64,000 nucleotides of DNA from Zygnema circumcarinatum SAG 698-1b (lineage: Eukaryota > Plantae > Zygnematophyceae), in contig CM074809.1 of the NCBI GenBank assembly GCA_037447605.1, positions 124,001-188,000 on the forward strand, in the 5' to 3' direction. Numbering within the stretch: position 1 is the first letter of the stretch; every line of letters starts with the position of its first letter. Under the pieces are notes generated by a model, which worked only from the letters and a program-made list of their open reading frames with translations, was not told the DNA's origin and did no database searches. The position numbers were made by a program, and so were the translations under genes. Positions 1 through 10,812 of the stretch are shown here, in pieces.

Positions 1-680
1 ATAAAATGTGAACATCCGTGTCAGTCCATACAGCCGACCCTTGGAAGGCGCTGATAGAAAAAATGGACAACCAAAGGTGAATCTATGCAAGCAGTTATGG
101 TCCATTACTGTTGGGACAAGCTGAATGTAAACTATGAACAGTTCGTTTTTTACAAGAATATCAAAAATAAACTTCACTGTCCTCTCCGTACTGCAAAATA
201 AACGCTTTTTTCCGCAGCTCGTGGACCACCTGCACCAAAAGATTACACACTCCCGAGTAAAGAAAGATCCATCAACCGCACAAAAACTTTTTTAACAATT
301 TTTTTTTTTTTCATTCCATACTGAAGTTGTGGAAGAGAAGTTCCCCACCTGCATCAGCGCCCCGTCCGGTAAGCTCTCGTTATATACAAAGAATTCTTGA
401 ACGTGAGAGAGTGCTTCCTGCATGGCTTCCAATTTCTCTTTATTTCTGACCAACTTTTCGACAATCTGTGGCGTTTTGCGGACATGGTCCGGATCAATGT
501 TGGCGCTGAACGCCCTGCAACACGAGCCTTCACAAGAGCAATCTATGAGTGGATCTGTGGCCTGATCCGGGTGTTCATGTGGGAAAGGGGTTAGAAACCA
601 GATTCCACTTATAAGTTCGAAAATGGGAGCATGAGCACGTACAAATAGCCTGGGTAAAACCATTGATGATTGATATTCCA
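1..680. repeat. Direct duplicate of 1288-1967 (3' end of the GT47 gene), ending at an N gap; probable assembly overlap
   Basis: 1-680 reads identically to 1288-1967 (offset 1287; the ORF track gives the same peptides at 292-663 and 1579-1950, and at 397-594 and 1684-1881). It is followed directly by 10 N at 681-690. Confidence 0.9.
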
Positions 681-772
681 NNNNNNNNNNCTTCCCCCCT
701 CCTTTCCTTCCCCCCCTGTCCCCCTCTCTCTCCCTCTCTCTCTCTCACGTTTCGGCTGGCGTGGTGCTGCAG

Positions 773-1127
773 GGGGTCAGTGAGGCCATCGTTCCGGAAG
801 GCATGCTGCAAAGCATGACCCAATCGGGTGGCGCTGAGCTGGCACCGGCCATCTCCATCATTGGCGGCCTTCTGGGACAGGTGGCACTTCCTCCCAACGC
901 TCCCCTCCCGCCCGCCTCCCTCCCTCCTCCCTCCTTGCAGCAAGGGATAGCCCCTGGCCGCTTGCATCTGCTCATCTTTTATTCCAAGTCTTCAATTTTT
1001 CTTTTCCCTGCTTGTGAAGCAGGAGATTGTCCGATCAGTTTCTGGGAAGGGCCGGCCCGTAAACAATTTCTTCCTCTTCGATAGCGCCACTCCTGAGGCG
1101 CGGATCGCCCGAATTGGGGTTCCTTGA
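773..1127 (+). CDS. SAE1: SUMO-activating enzyme subunit 1, last two exons (5' part not in the window or lost at the gap)
   Basis: Exons 773-880 (GVSEAIVPEGMLQSMTQSGGAELAPAISIIGGLLGQ) and 1023-1127 (EIVRSVSGKGRPVNNFFLFDSATPEARIARIGVP*) join in phase via GT-AG. This matches the SAE1/AOS1 C-terminal pattern E-x-P-x-x-x-I-x-GG-x-L-x-QE-x-x-x-x-x-SGKG-x-P-x-x-NFF-x-x-D. Confidence 0.85.
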
Positions 1128-1447
1128 CACAGAGAGCGGGGCTTCGACTTTTTTTTTTTGTTGCATATGAGCAGCATCAATTTTGATCCCGAGATGTTTC
1201 CTATATGCAGAACTTGCATTTATGCTTCAACCAATACCAGATAGGCTCAAGGAAATCCTCTCACAAAAAGAAAAACGCAGTAAAGAAATAAAATGTGAAC
1301 ATCCGTGTCAGTCCATACAGCCGACCCTTGGAAGGCGCTGATAGAAAAAATGGACAACCAAAGGTGAATCTATGCAAGCAGTTATGGTCCATTACTGTTG
1401 GGACAAGCTGAATGTAAACTATGAACAGTTCGTTTTTTACAAGAATA

Positions 1448-4400
1448 TCAAAAATAAACTTCACTGTCCTCTCCGTACTGCAAAATAAACGCTTTTTTCC
1501 GCAGCTCGTGGACCACCTGCACCAAAAGATTACACACTCCCGAGTAAAGAAAGATCCATCAACCGCACAAAAACTTTTTTAACAATTTTTTTTTTTTTCA
1601 TTCCATACTGAAGTTGTGGAAGAGAAGTTCCCCACCTGCATCAGCGCCCCGTCCGGTAAGCTCTCGTTATATACAAAGAATTCTTGAACGTGAGAGAGTG
1701 CTTCCTGCATGGCTTCCAATTTCTCTTTATTTCTGACCAACTTTTCGACAATCTGTGGCGTTTTGCGGACATGGTCCGGATCAATGTTGGCGCTGAACGC
1801 CCTGCAACACGAGCCTTCACAAGAGCAATCTATGAGTGGATCTGTGGCCTGATCCGGGTGTTCATGTGGGAAAGGGGTTAGAAACCAGATTCCACTTATA
1901 AGTTCGAAAATGGGAGCATGAGCACGTACAAATAGCCTGGGTAAAACCATTGATGATTGATATTCCATGTTGCATGAAGAAAGAAGTATCCCCGAAGATA
2001 ACCGCAAGACCATGTGGACGGTTGAGAACAAGCTAAAGCTGAAGCTATTCATGGAGCATGTCATTCCATCCATACGCATCCTCCCACCATGGGCATGACT
2101 GAATGCTATTCTTCGAATGTGAGTAGATCTCTTACCGATACTCGAGCTCTCCCTCCCACGGTTGCGCATTGTATCGAAAGAAGGTGAGGGGGATGCAACC
2201 TTTCAGCACAGCTTGAGTGTGGCAGACGCTCCATTGTGAGTGCTTCCCCGGCGCGCAGGCACACACTTTTGCGAGCATCATGTCAGAGGGTGTCGGCTCT
2301 TCAGTCTGTTGCATAACAACAGAAAGGATTTTAAGTTAAAAGTTTTCCATGCTCAACATGTACTGGCAAAAAACCACACATTCATCATCTGAGAGTTTGA
2401 AAGTTTCCCTCCGACAAACCTCATCGCTTATATTCCATCCTGGAGGTTGCCGGTTGTGGAAGATTTCGAGAAGCTCGTGCCGCACGTCTGCCCCGTCTGA
2501 AACTCCTTGAAGTGAACTGAAAGGTGACTTGCTGACACGGAACCGTCCCAACAAATCAACCGTTCTCTTCCCTTCATCAGGACCGGCGATAGAAGTGGAC
2601 GTCAAGGGAGGAATAACGATGTCGACGCCAGCTTCAAAACATGCAATATCCTGAATCTGCAGAAGCAGAGGAGAGTAGCTCTGAAATAGTGAGGAGAAGC
2701 TACGGTCTACGTTTCATTATAAAGGGCCTTCAACATGCACGTGTTCACCAGAAAGTAAGGAGTGTGCTCCAAGGGCTTCAGGGAGACCTACACGGCGTTT
2801 CGTATATCCTTCTTCCGAATTCACGTTTGGGGGTTTAGCTGCAACACTGCGAAGGCGCTGATCTCCACTAAGCTGCAGTGTGAATAGACCTCCAAATAGA
2901 GAAGGGCTCACATATTGTAGGCCGCTGGCCCAGAGGCAAACGATTAAGAAGTCAATGACTCATCACATTTCAATCTCAAAGTAGCTGATTGAACTCCCAC
3001 TACTCACATAGAAGTGAACGCCTGTAAACTCGACAGAACATAGGTATTTGTTCAAGAAATTTTGTAGGATAGCTCTGGAACGAAAGTAAAGTACTCACCT
3101 GCAACGACCGTTATCATGCGACAGCACGATGAAGTGGTCCTTTCCGCCTGAGTTATTCCAGAAGGAATACCTGCTCTGTCCAAACAACCAATATTCAGTT
3201 CCTTCTCTTATATATAACGATTACAGTGGTCGATCATGCTTCGCCACACGATAATGACTATAGAGCAGCCTTTGCGGCAGCAAAAATCGAAGCATGGTAG
3301 ATGCTGCGAATGAGGGACCTCTCACTTGGACAATACGAAGAGCCTTCTCTATGAACTCCGCTGTCTTCTCTAAACCCTCCAAACAAGCCTCGCTGTGTGA
3401 GGAGCAGTTGGAGTTGAGAAACTGCGCAGCGTAGAGAGGAATGAAGAAGAGAGCTGCTCGATCGCCTTGCGTGGTCCGATACACATTGCTTCGCTCCAAG
3501 AAGCTGTTCATCATGACCGCCCAAACCCACAGCATATACTACAGTTTTGCCGAGTCCACAAATTATCAAGCGAGTATCCCTTCCAGAAAGAACAGCATGA
3601 AGTATACACACGATTTCTTCAAGCATGATAATTGCCCCTCGTGATCATTTAATTAAGGCCTTGTCAATTTAAATTGAATTTTACAAAAAAGGGACTGAAA
3701 TGTAAACACATACCTGTGAATGACCTGTTCGGTCTTGTAATGCTCCTTGACTCCAATTCTGGAGTCCCTGATGTCTCTGTGAAAGCTGCTTTCCAGCCCA
3801 ACCCTAATTCAGCCTTCCTCTTCATAAAGTCACCACTTTGCATCTATTAGGACGTGTGTCAGACTTAACAAAATCTTACGAACAAGAAAATTTAGCAAGT
3901 ACTCCGCGGAAGCCGAATTGCGATGTCACCGGAGTACTCTTTCTGGTCTCAAACTTGCGAACAACTTTTAAGTCGGACACCCCCTATTAGCTCATAACTT
4001 GCCCATATACTTATTGGCGTTTTCCATAAGACGACAGCTTTGCTAAACTAAGCAAACCGCCAGCAACGCCAATGCAAATACCAACACTCCGGCTGCTTTC
4101 TTAGCACTCTTTCCATCAAATTTCCTTTATCAAATCATTTAAAAAAATCAAATATCTGCAATGTAGTCGAGCAATGCTGCACCAACCTGCGCGGAAGATC
4201 ATAAACATAAATAAAATGCCCCTCGAAATTCCGCGGAGCCACCGCCTCCCCCTGCCTGTGCGGCAGACTGCTGCTACCTGGCACCCACCCATTGGGGGAC
4301 ACACAAGCATACTCCACGTGTCACCCCAGCCAAAGCAACCCTTATGCCTGTATGCATGACTTGATGATGCCATGCCATCCATGCCATCCATGCCATCCGT

Positions 4401-4746
4401 GCCATCCAAGCATGAGGGGGCATATATGCCTATGTGCATGCATGCTTCCATACATGCATGCCCTCAGAAGCATGCATGCGTCTGTGAGGTCCAGCGCCCT
4501 ACCCGGGAGGCACGCGAAGGCACCCAAGCCGCATTGCCACGTGGGCAGAAACCCCAACCCACCCAACACCACCAGCAGCGTCGCGCCCACCAGGAGGAAG
4601 CCCGCCCTCGCCACGTGGCGCAACCTGCGCGCCCCCGACACTCCTCGCTTAGGTGGCGAGCTTTGAGAACGCCATGTGGCATCCAACGCGGTCCTGGGGA
4701 TCTCCGCATGCGCCACGTGGCGTAGGCGAAGGGCCACGTCGGACAT
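1448..4746 (-). CDS. Exostosin-family (GT47) glycosyltransferase, type II membrane protein, multi-exon
   Basis: Spliced translation gives IYVYDLPRR|DIRDSRIGVKEHYKTEQVIH|SFLERSNVYRTTQGDRAALFFIPLY...|YSFWNNSGGKDHFIVLSHDNGRC...CAPG...QAVLKGCIPL...|VVHELRKKAFILQYGEDSEVYF*. Exons checked at 3776-3714 and 3503-3326; stop 1448-1450. N-terminal hydrophobic anchor GFLLVGATLLVVLGGLGFL. The start could be ATG 4746 or the in-frame ATG at 5043; some internal exons are unresolved. Confidence 0.9.
4367..4407. repeat. Short (ATGCCATCC)n tandem repeat in the predicted first intron of GT47
   Basis: atgccatgccatccatgccatccatgccatccgtgccatcc, embedded in a CATGCA-rich stretch (4350-4460). Confidence 0.8.
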
Positions 4747-5186
4747 AGCGCGGCGGCCACGTGGCGAGCGGAGCGCGGCCCGTCGCACGTGCGGGAGTAG
4801 CTGGAGTCGCTGGGCGCGCGGAGGCCGACTAGAGGGGGGCGTGGGGCCTTCCGTACCGTTCAGTGGTCGGTGCCGTAAGGTATGATACGTTCCGCACGTG
4901 TGGCCCTCATGTGAGCCATGGCTGCCGTCCCATGGGGAGAACAGCGATGGGGCGGACACCGTATGCGCAGACGAGCGAGGAGATGGGATGGGATGGCGGC
5001 GGCCATGGCATCGCACATGCACATTGATGGGATGGGCATACATGGCGCTCTGTGGCGCAGTGCCATGCTTTGAGGAATTTAGGGTAAGGAGGCTGAAGAC
5101 CAGGGCTGAAAGGCTCAGGCTTTAGGGCATGCTCTTGGAGGCTTGAATGCAAACGTGCTGAGGTGCGAGATAGAAGAGCAGCAGCC

Positions 5187-8100
5187 ATGGCTATGTCGCC
5201 GGGGAGGGCCGTTGCCGTTTGCAGACTTCGGCATCCTCTGGTCGGCATTTTGCAGCACGGGGATCCCTTTCACTCGTGCTCCAACCCGTCATCACCAGTA
5301 TCGCCCGCATCATCGCCGACATTGCCATCACAGTTGCCAGTGCCGTTGCCATTGCCAACATCATCATCGATAGCATCATCTTCAGGGAAGTTGATTCTCC
5401 ACGCCAGTGCAGACAGCAGAAATCATCATCATCACCATCACCATCATCATCACGATCATCATCATGACCATCATCGTGGTCATCAGACCCACAATGAGGG
5501 GAGAGGCATGCACACATGGAAGTCTGTTCTTCAAAAGGAGTTGCAGGAAGTAGCCGTATCCACAGAAAGCTCCTCTTTTGCGCTGACGGAGAATCAGGAC
5601 TCCGACGACGCAGGCACCACCAGGAAAGAGTCTGCGGTTGGGAGGGAGAAGGAGGTGGAAGATTTGGTGGTACGTACAGACTCTATTTCCATTCTCATGG
5701 GGTTTGAGTTTTCAAGATTTTCGGGGATTTTCACATTGCTGAATGCCGAAGGAGGACGTGGAAAATCCCAAAGTAAGTTGTCAGTAGAGTGCTTGCTGGA
5801 CTCAGCATTGACGATTTAGAGGGAATTAGGGTTGAGTAAGAAATAGGATTTTGAGATTTTTTTTGTTGTTGCCTTGATGTCGGTGCAGATCAGCGCCGAG
5901 GCGCGCCAAATATTTAATCAAACTTGGGAGAAGGTGGTGGAGAAGTTAGGAGGGATAGATAATGCTCAAATTCCGAAGGAGATCGTTTGGCTGAATGGAG
6001 CGCCGGGTGCTGGTGAGCTTCCCGAATGGAGCGCTGCATTTTCGTCTTTTCCTTTCAAACATGACATTTCTTAGATGTGAGGACTCTCTCAGCTTGCTAT
6101 TGACAAAGATTAGGCGTTCTATGCATTGTTTGCACGTACTTGGGAAGAGTGGAAGGAATGATGTTTGAATTTTTTCGATGCTGTTTCTTTTTCAATGATT
6201 CTGTAGGAAAGGGAGCAAACACGCCTTTTATTCTGCGAACGCGCGGCTTTCAAGGTGAGGATCCTTAAAGTGCTGCTCCTTTCTTTGGTTTTACTTCGAC
6301 GTAGGTAGTCTTATGCGAATGTACCTCGCAGATATGCATGGAGGCAACGATATTTTGCTCCTGCTTTCCTTCCAATCTATCTGTTTGCAATGTATGGCCA
6401 AGAGCCATTGAATAGGCCAAGCCAATACCTGTCATCTCTGATTGTTTTGCAGCAAAGTCGATTCAAATCAGTGACCTTCTTCAGACTGAGCCGGAAGTAG
6501 CTGCCATAATGAAAAGCGGAGGGCTTGTTTCAGATGAGCTCGCTCTGAAGCTTCTTCTGCGAGTAAGTCAGAAGCATGGAATTGAATTGCTTTAGTTTGA
6601 CCCCCCAATCAATCGCCCCAAACGATGTGGAGCGTCTTTAGCCTCCGAAAAGACAACTCTTTAATAATACTATCTGTCGGTGGCGAATGAGTGGGAAGAT
6701 TTTGATTCCTATGCTCGTTTGACATATTTCTGAACTTTATAGCTTTAAGTTGCCAGTGAACAAGTCGTGATTCTGCGTGATTTACTTTGCAGGCCATCTT
6801 AAATTTGGGAAATGCGGAGATGCCGCAGCCGGATGCAGACCATGGAGAGGTCAGTCATTCATATTGCCAGAAACTGCAAACATGCAGATTGGCATTCTAA
6901 ATACTGTTGATCTTCATCCTTTTTGCACGGGTGAATGTATTGTCCATTTCTTGACAAAAAAAAAATTTCTTTCTCCTTTTCCTAACCTCCTCTCCTTTTC
7001 ATTTTCACAGGGTATTGTGAGCGTTGATAATGGCGGTCTTGTCTCCGGAGCAGTGGTGGATGGCTTTCCGAGAACAACTCTGCAAGTGGACCTTGTGAAG
7101 CTTCTTTACGACAAGTATGTGAGAGTCTCTTCCTTCATCAAACCTTAAAAAGTCATTCTCCCTATTCGATTCACAAATGGCATCCAATCGGAGACTTGAA
7201 TCACGTGCTTGGCTGTCTATTCATATTCATGTGAGGAAGTACTCCTAAAATTGTGCTGGTTTGAGTTTCTGTGTTGGATTGGGTCTTGTAAGTGCTTGAG
7301 TTTATACAGACTTGTCCTACTTTTCCTGAATTGAAATCTTAGCTTTTGGAAGTATCATCCTCTCTCAATAGGTTGGATTTTCACTTCTGTGATTAGAACA
7401 GTGGCACCTTCTGTGGGCAGATTAATGGAGCTCCACACAGAGCATTTGAACACGCCTTTGGAGAATCACTTTCCTCGCCCCATATTCCGCATAGCTGTGC
7501 TGTAAGCTCCCTTCTTTTTGCAAACAGTGAAGGGCGAGAGACGAGGGGATAGGGAAAGAGAAGTATTGGAGAAGGGAGATCGGAAAGGGGTTGTGGGATG
7601 AGAGGCCAAGGAAGAGGTAGAGAGGAAGAGGGAGATGGAGGGGTGCAGGAGAGGGTGAATGGGAAGCGTTAGATCGGTTGAGGGAGAAGGAGAGTGATAG
7701 GAGTTTCGATGTTATATTTTTTTTGAAAATCAAAAGTTATGATGTTTACTTTTTTTGTTTCAGGTACGTCGAGGAAGAGGAATCTGTTAGACGCCAACTA
7801 GCCAGAGGTAAGTGAGCCATGACCCCACTCCTTTCGTCAACTCTTTCCTTCCCTCCCTGTGCCCACACTTCCTCTGCAACCTCTCTCCCTCTCTCTCGCT
7901 CTCTCTCTCCCCCGTCTACTGAGAGATCTGACAAGCTTGCCAGTCTCATTCTAGCACCAATTCCGATCCAGCTTATTTGGGAGATAAGCTGAGTGAAGTA
8001 ACATATGTTCTCAGCCCTTTTCAGCCCCCTTTTTTTTTGTTTTCAGGGAAAGCGGCAGTAGTTCATAATCAGAGAGTTTTGGATAGCGGAGTTGGCACCA

Positions 8101-8665
8101 TGCGAGAAGTCCGCCCAACTGACCTTTGGTGAGCATTTCCTCCTTGTTCTTTCCGTACAATTTCCTTATCTAGGGTATCTAGGGTTGAGGGTGCTCAGTT
8201 TCTAGGATTTTCTGCTTCTTAGCTTCGTCCTTTGAGGAGTTGGAGTTACAGGGTACTTGAAATTTTTTTATTTTTTTCCGGAATGCACTTTCTAGTTCAT
8301 TTATACATCGAAATATTATGAATCCTTTTTCGAGAACCAAACAGCAAGTTGACTGTTTTTATGCAGTGAAAAGTCGGCTCGGAGACGATATCAGATTTTC
8401 CGAGAACATTACGATACCCTCCTTCGTCTGAAATCCTTCTTCCCCTTCCACCTCATTGATAGCATGGGAACTCTTTCAGAATGCCGAGAGCAGGTAGACT
8501 GCTCCTCCCTCGCGCCTCGCTCTCCTCCCTCTCCCCACTCTCCACCCCTTTCTCGCCCTCCCTTCCCACCTCCACCTTCCACCCCTCTCTCTCTCCCACT
8601 CACTTTCTCCCTCTCTCATCCTCTCTCCCCTGTAAGCCAAAGTCGACTCTCACAACAACTCTCTC

Positions 8666-8696
<31 letters not shown>

Positions 8697-9973
8697 GGCT
8701 GCTGGGACCCGGATCAGATAGAGAAGGAGCTGCAATACCAGAGCGCGCTGGAGTTGGATGCCACCACCTTCCGCGCCATAAGCCACATTCCGCTCGCGAG
8801 GGTAGGCACCTTCTTCATGGATTTCATTTTGGTTTTGGTATAATGGTTCTCAGAAAGGTCAGGTTTTTTCGGGCATTTTAGGGTAATGCATGTGGACGTA
8901 CCACGGCCATTGGGGACTCTTCAAATTCGGAATCCTGACGATATCTGTATCCACTAAGTCCTTCGAAAAGCAAAAAAGAAACTGAATGATGTGATGAAGG
9001 CGTAGTACATGAGGTGATGGTGCAGTGGTGCATACGCATCACATGACGTGGCAGGACATTGCCAAGCTGGCTCGGCAAAACATGGTCTCTCGGCTCGACT
9101 CGTATGAGAAGCATCATCATGACGTATTCAAAGAGGTACACTTCTTTTTCCTTAAGGGGCATTTGGAGGTCCATGTATTTTTGGCGCTTCTGGAGATTAT
9201 GAGTTTGCTATGTTATCCCATCTGATTTTCTCTCTAAGGAGATGGGGGGTCTGTAGGTGATAGACATCATATGTGAGGACGTGATGCCCATCATCCGACG
9301 CTGCGCTCTTGCCGGCATCGCTGTCTACAATACAGATCGACCTCTCTTCTTTGAAAATCCTGGTCAACTCTCTCTCTCTCACTCTCACTGTGTCCCCCTT
9401 CTCCCGCCTCTTTGTCGCTTTTGCCTCCCTTGTTTCAGCAGTGGTTATCCACTTATGCCATTTGAAAGGACGGAAGCAGAGATGGCGAGAGGAGGGAGGC
9501 GGGGAAAGAGTGAGGGAAGTGGGGGAGAGAGGAATGGGGGGAGGTTCTGGCAAACTGCTGACAGCCTCCAGTTTGTCTGTTGTCACAGTGGCTTCGGAAA
9601 TGCTGGCAGATATTTTGAGCGAACGCGGATACGCGGTTACTTGGCAGGTACTTCCTACTTTCTAGACTTAAGATTTTTTTGTACGTTTTTGTTTAAACAG
9701 AAGCAAAGAAGCAGTGCAGGGGTCCTGACTTCGGTTTCGCGGCATGTGTAGGCTCGGACTCGGGAAATTCCATTGCGGGTTGATCGGAACACATTTGAGA
9801 TCGTTTGTCTCAAGCAGAGCACCCTCCAGTTCCGTATAACATTTGAACGGCCGTTAATTCGGAGCACGGAACCCGACGTCTCCGCCGGAGGGCTCGCCTT
9901 CCTGCAGAGTGGCTCCAACCAAGGCGGGTGTCCTCCTTCCAAGGGCGCCGGTATTCTGCCTTCACAGGGTTGA
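5187..9973 (+). CDS. Adenylate kinase-like P-loop nucleotide kinase with a long S/P-rich, His-rich N-terminal extension
   Basis: Exons join to give KEIVWLNGAPGAG|KGANTPFILRTRGFQ (P-loop; junction 6012/6207), GGLVSDELALKLLL, GAVVDGFPRTTLQV (AK signature DGFPR), YVEEEESVRRQLARG, RRRYQIFREHY, PFHLIDSMG and a C-terminal extension. Start ATG 5187 (or 5163). The 3' end is uncertain (9973, or an extra exon near 10050-10110). Confidence 0.85.
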
Positions 9974-10812
9974 GGGTGTAGTGGAAAAAAACAGGGTTTC
10001 CACTGCGAAGTGAAGATGCGAGCTGACCGGACGCTCGTCTTTTTGCAGGGTGAACTGCTCCCACTCCTACTCCCGCTGCCGCTTCCGCCCCCGTTACCGC
10101 TAACACTCTGAGCAAGCGGTGGAGGGCTGCTCTGTGTCTCGTTCTACCCTCCCCTCTCCCATCCCCGCCGCCAACACTGGCATTGTGAATTTAAGCTTTA
10201 GCATGATTTATTCTGCGTGTGTTCAATAGCGACACCTTCTCCAGTGTACATATAGCAACTCGTCCAAAGCGGCGCCGCAAGCAGTGATGGGCGATGTTTT
10301 ATGTCCGTGCTCAATAAATGAGCCACCATGGTGGGACAAATGCGGCTCCCACATTTGTAGGGACCATGTAGGATGCGCACAAGGAGTTTTCTGTTTTCTT
10401 GTAGAATGTTTAGGTTCAAGGTTCAGGATCCATAGCAGCGACTGTATGGGAGTTTTTGCCTCTCAAAAGCCCTATGCATGCCACACCTTATCAGTGTGGA
10501 AACTCGTTTTTTTTGACGAGAACGATCGAAATAAGAGGGATTAACCTCCGCCTGAAACAAGGGCTCATTTTGGGCTACAGACGTTTTTCCAATGCAGACC
10601 CAATCGTGCTTCGGGTACATCCGCATCCTTGTTTTAGAAAACTATGGATTCTGTAACCTGAAAAACAGAGACAGTTGTTTGATGATGACCGAATGATGGC
10701 CAGTGCTCATATTCCTTCGGACACATTCTCCCTCTTCCCTCTCTATCTCACCTTTCCCTCTACCCGTTTCTCCCTCTCTCGCCCCCTCTCCCTCCCCCCC
10801 CCCTCTGTGTCA

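Noticed and set aside
10198-10660. Cys/His-containing short ORFs between the AK and UAP1 3' ends
   Set aside because: No splice or homology support; the location is consistent with converging 3' UTRs.
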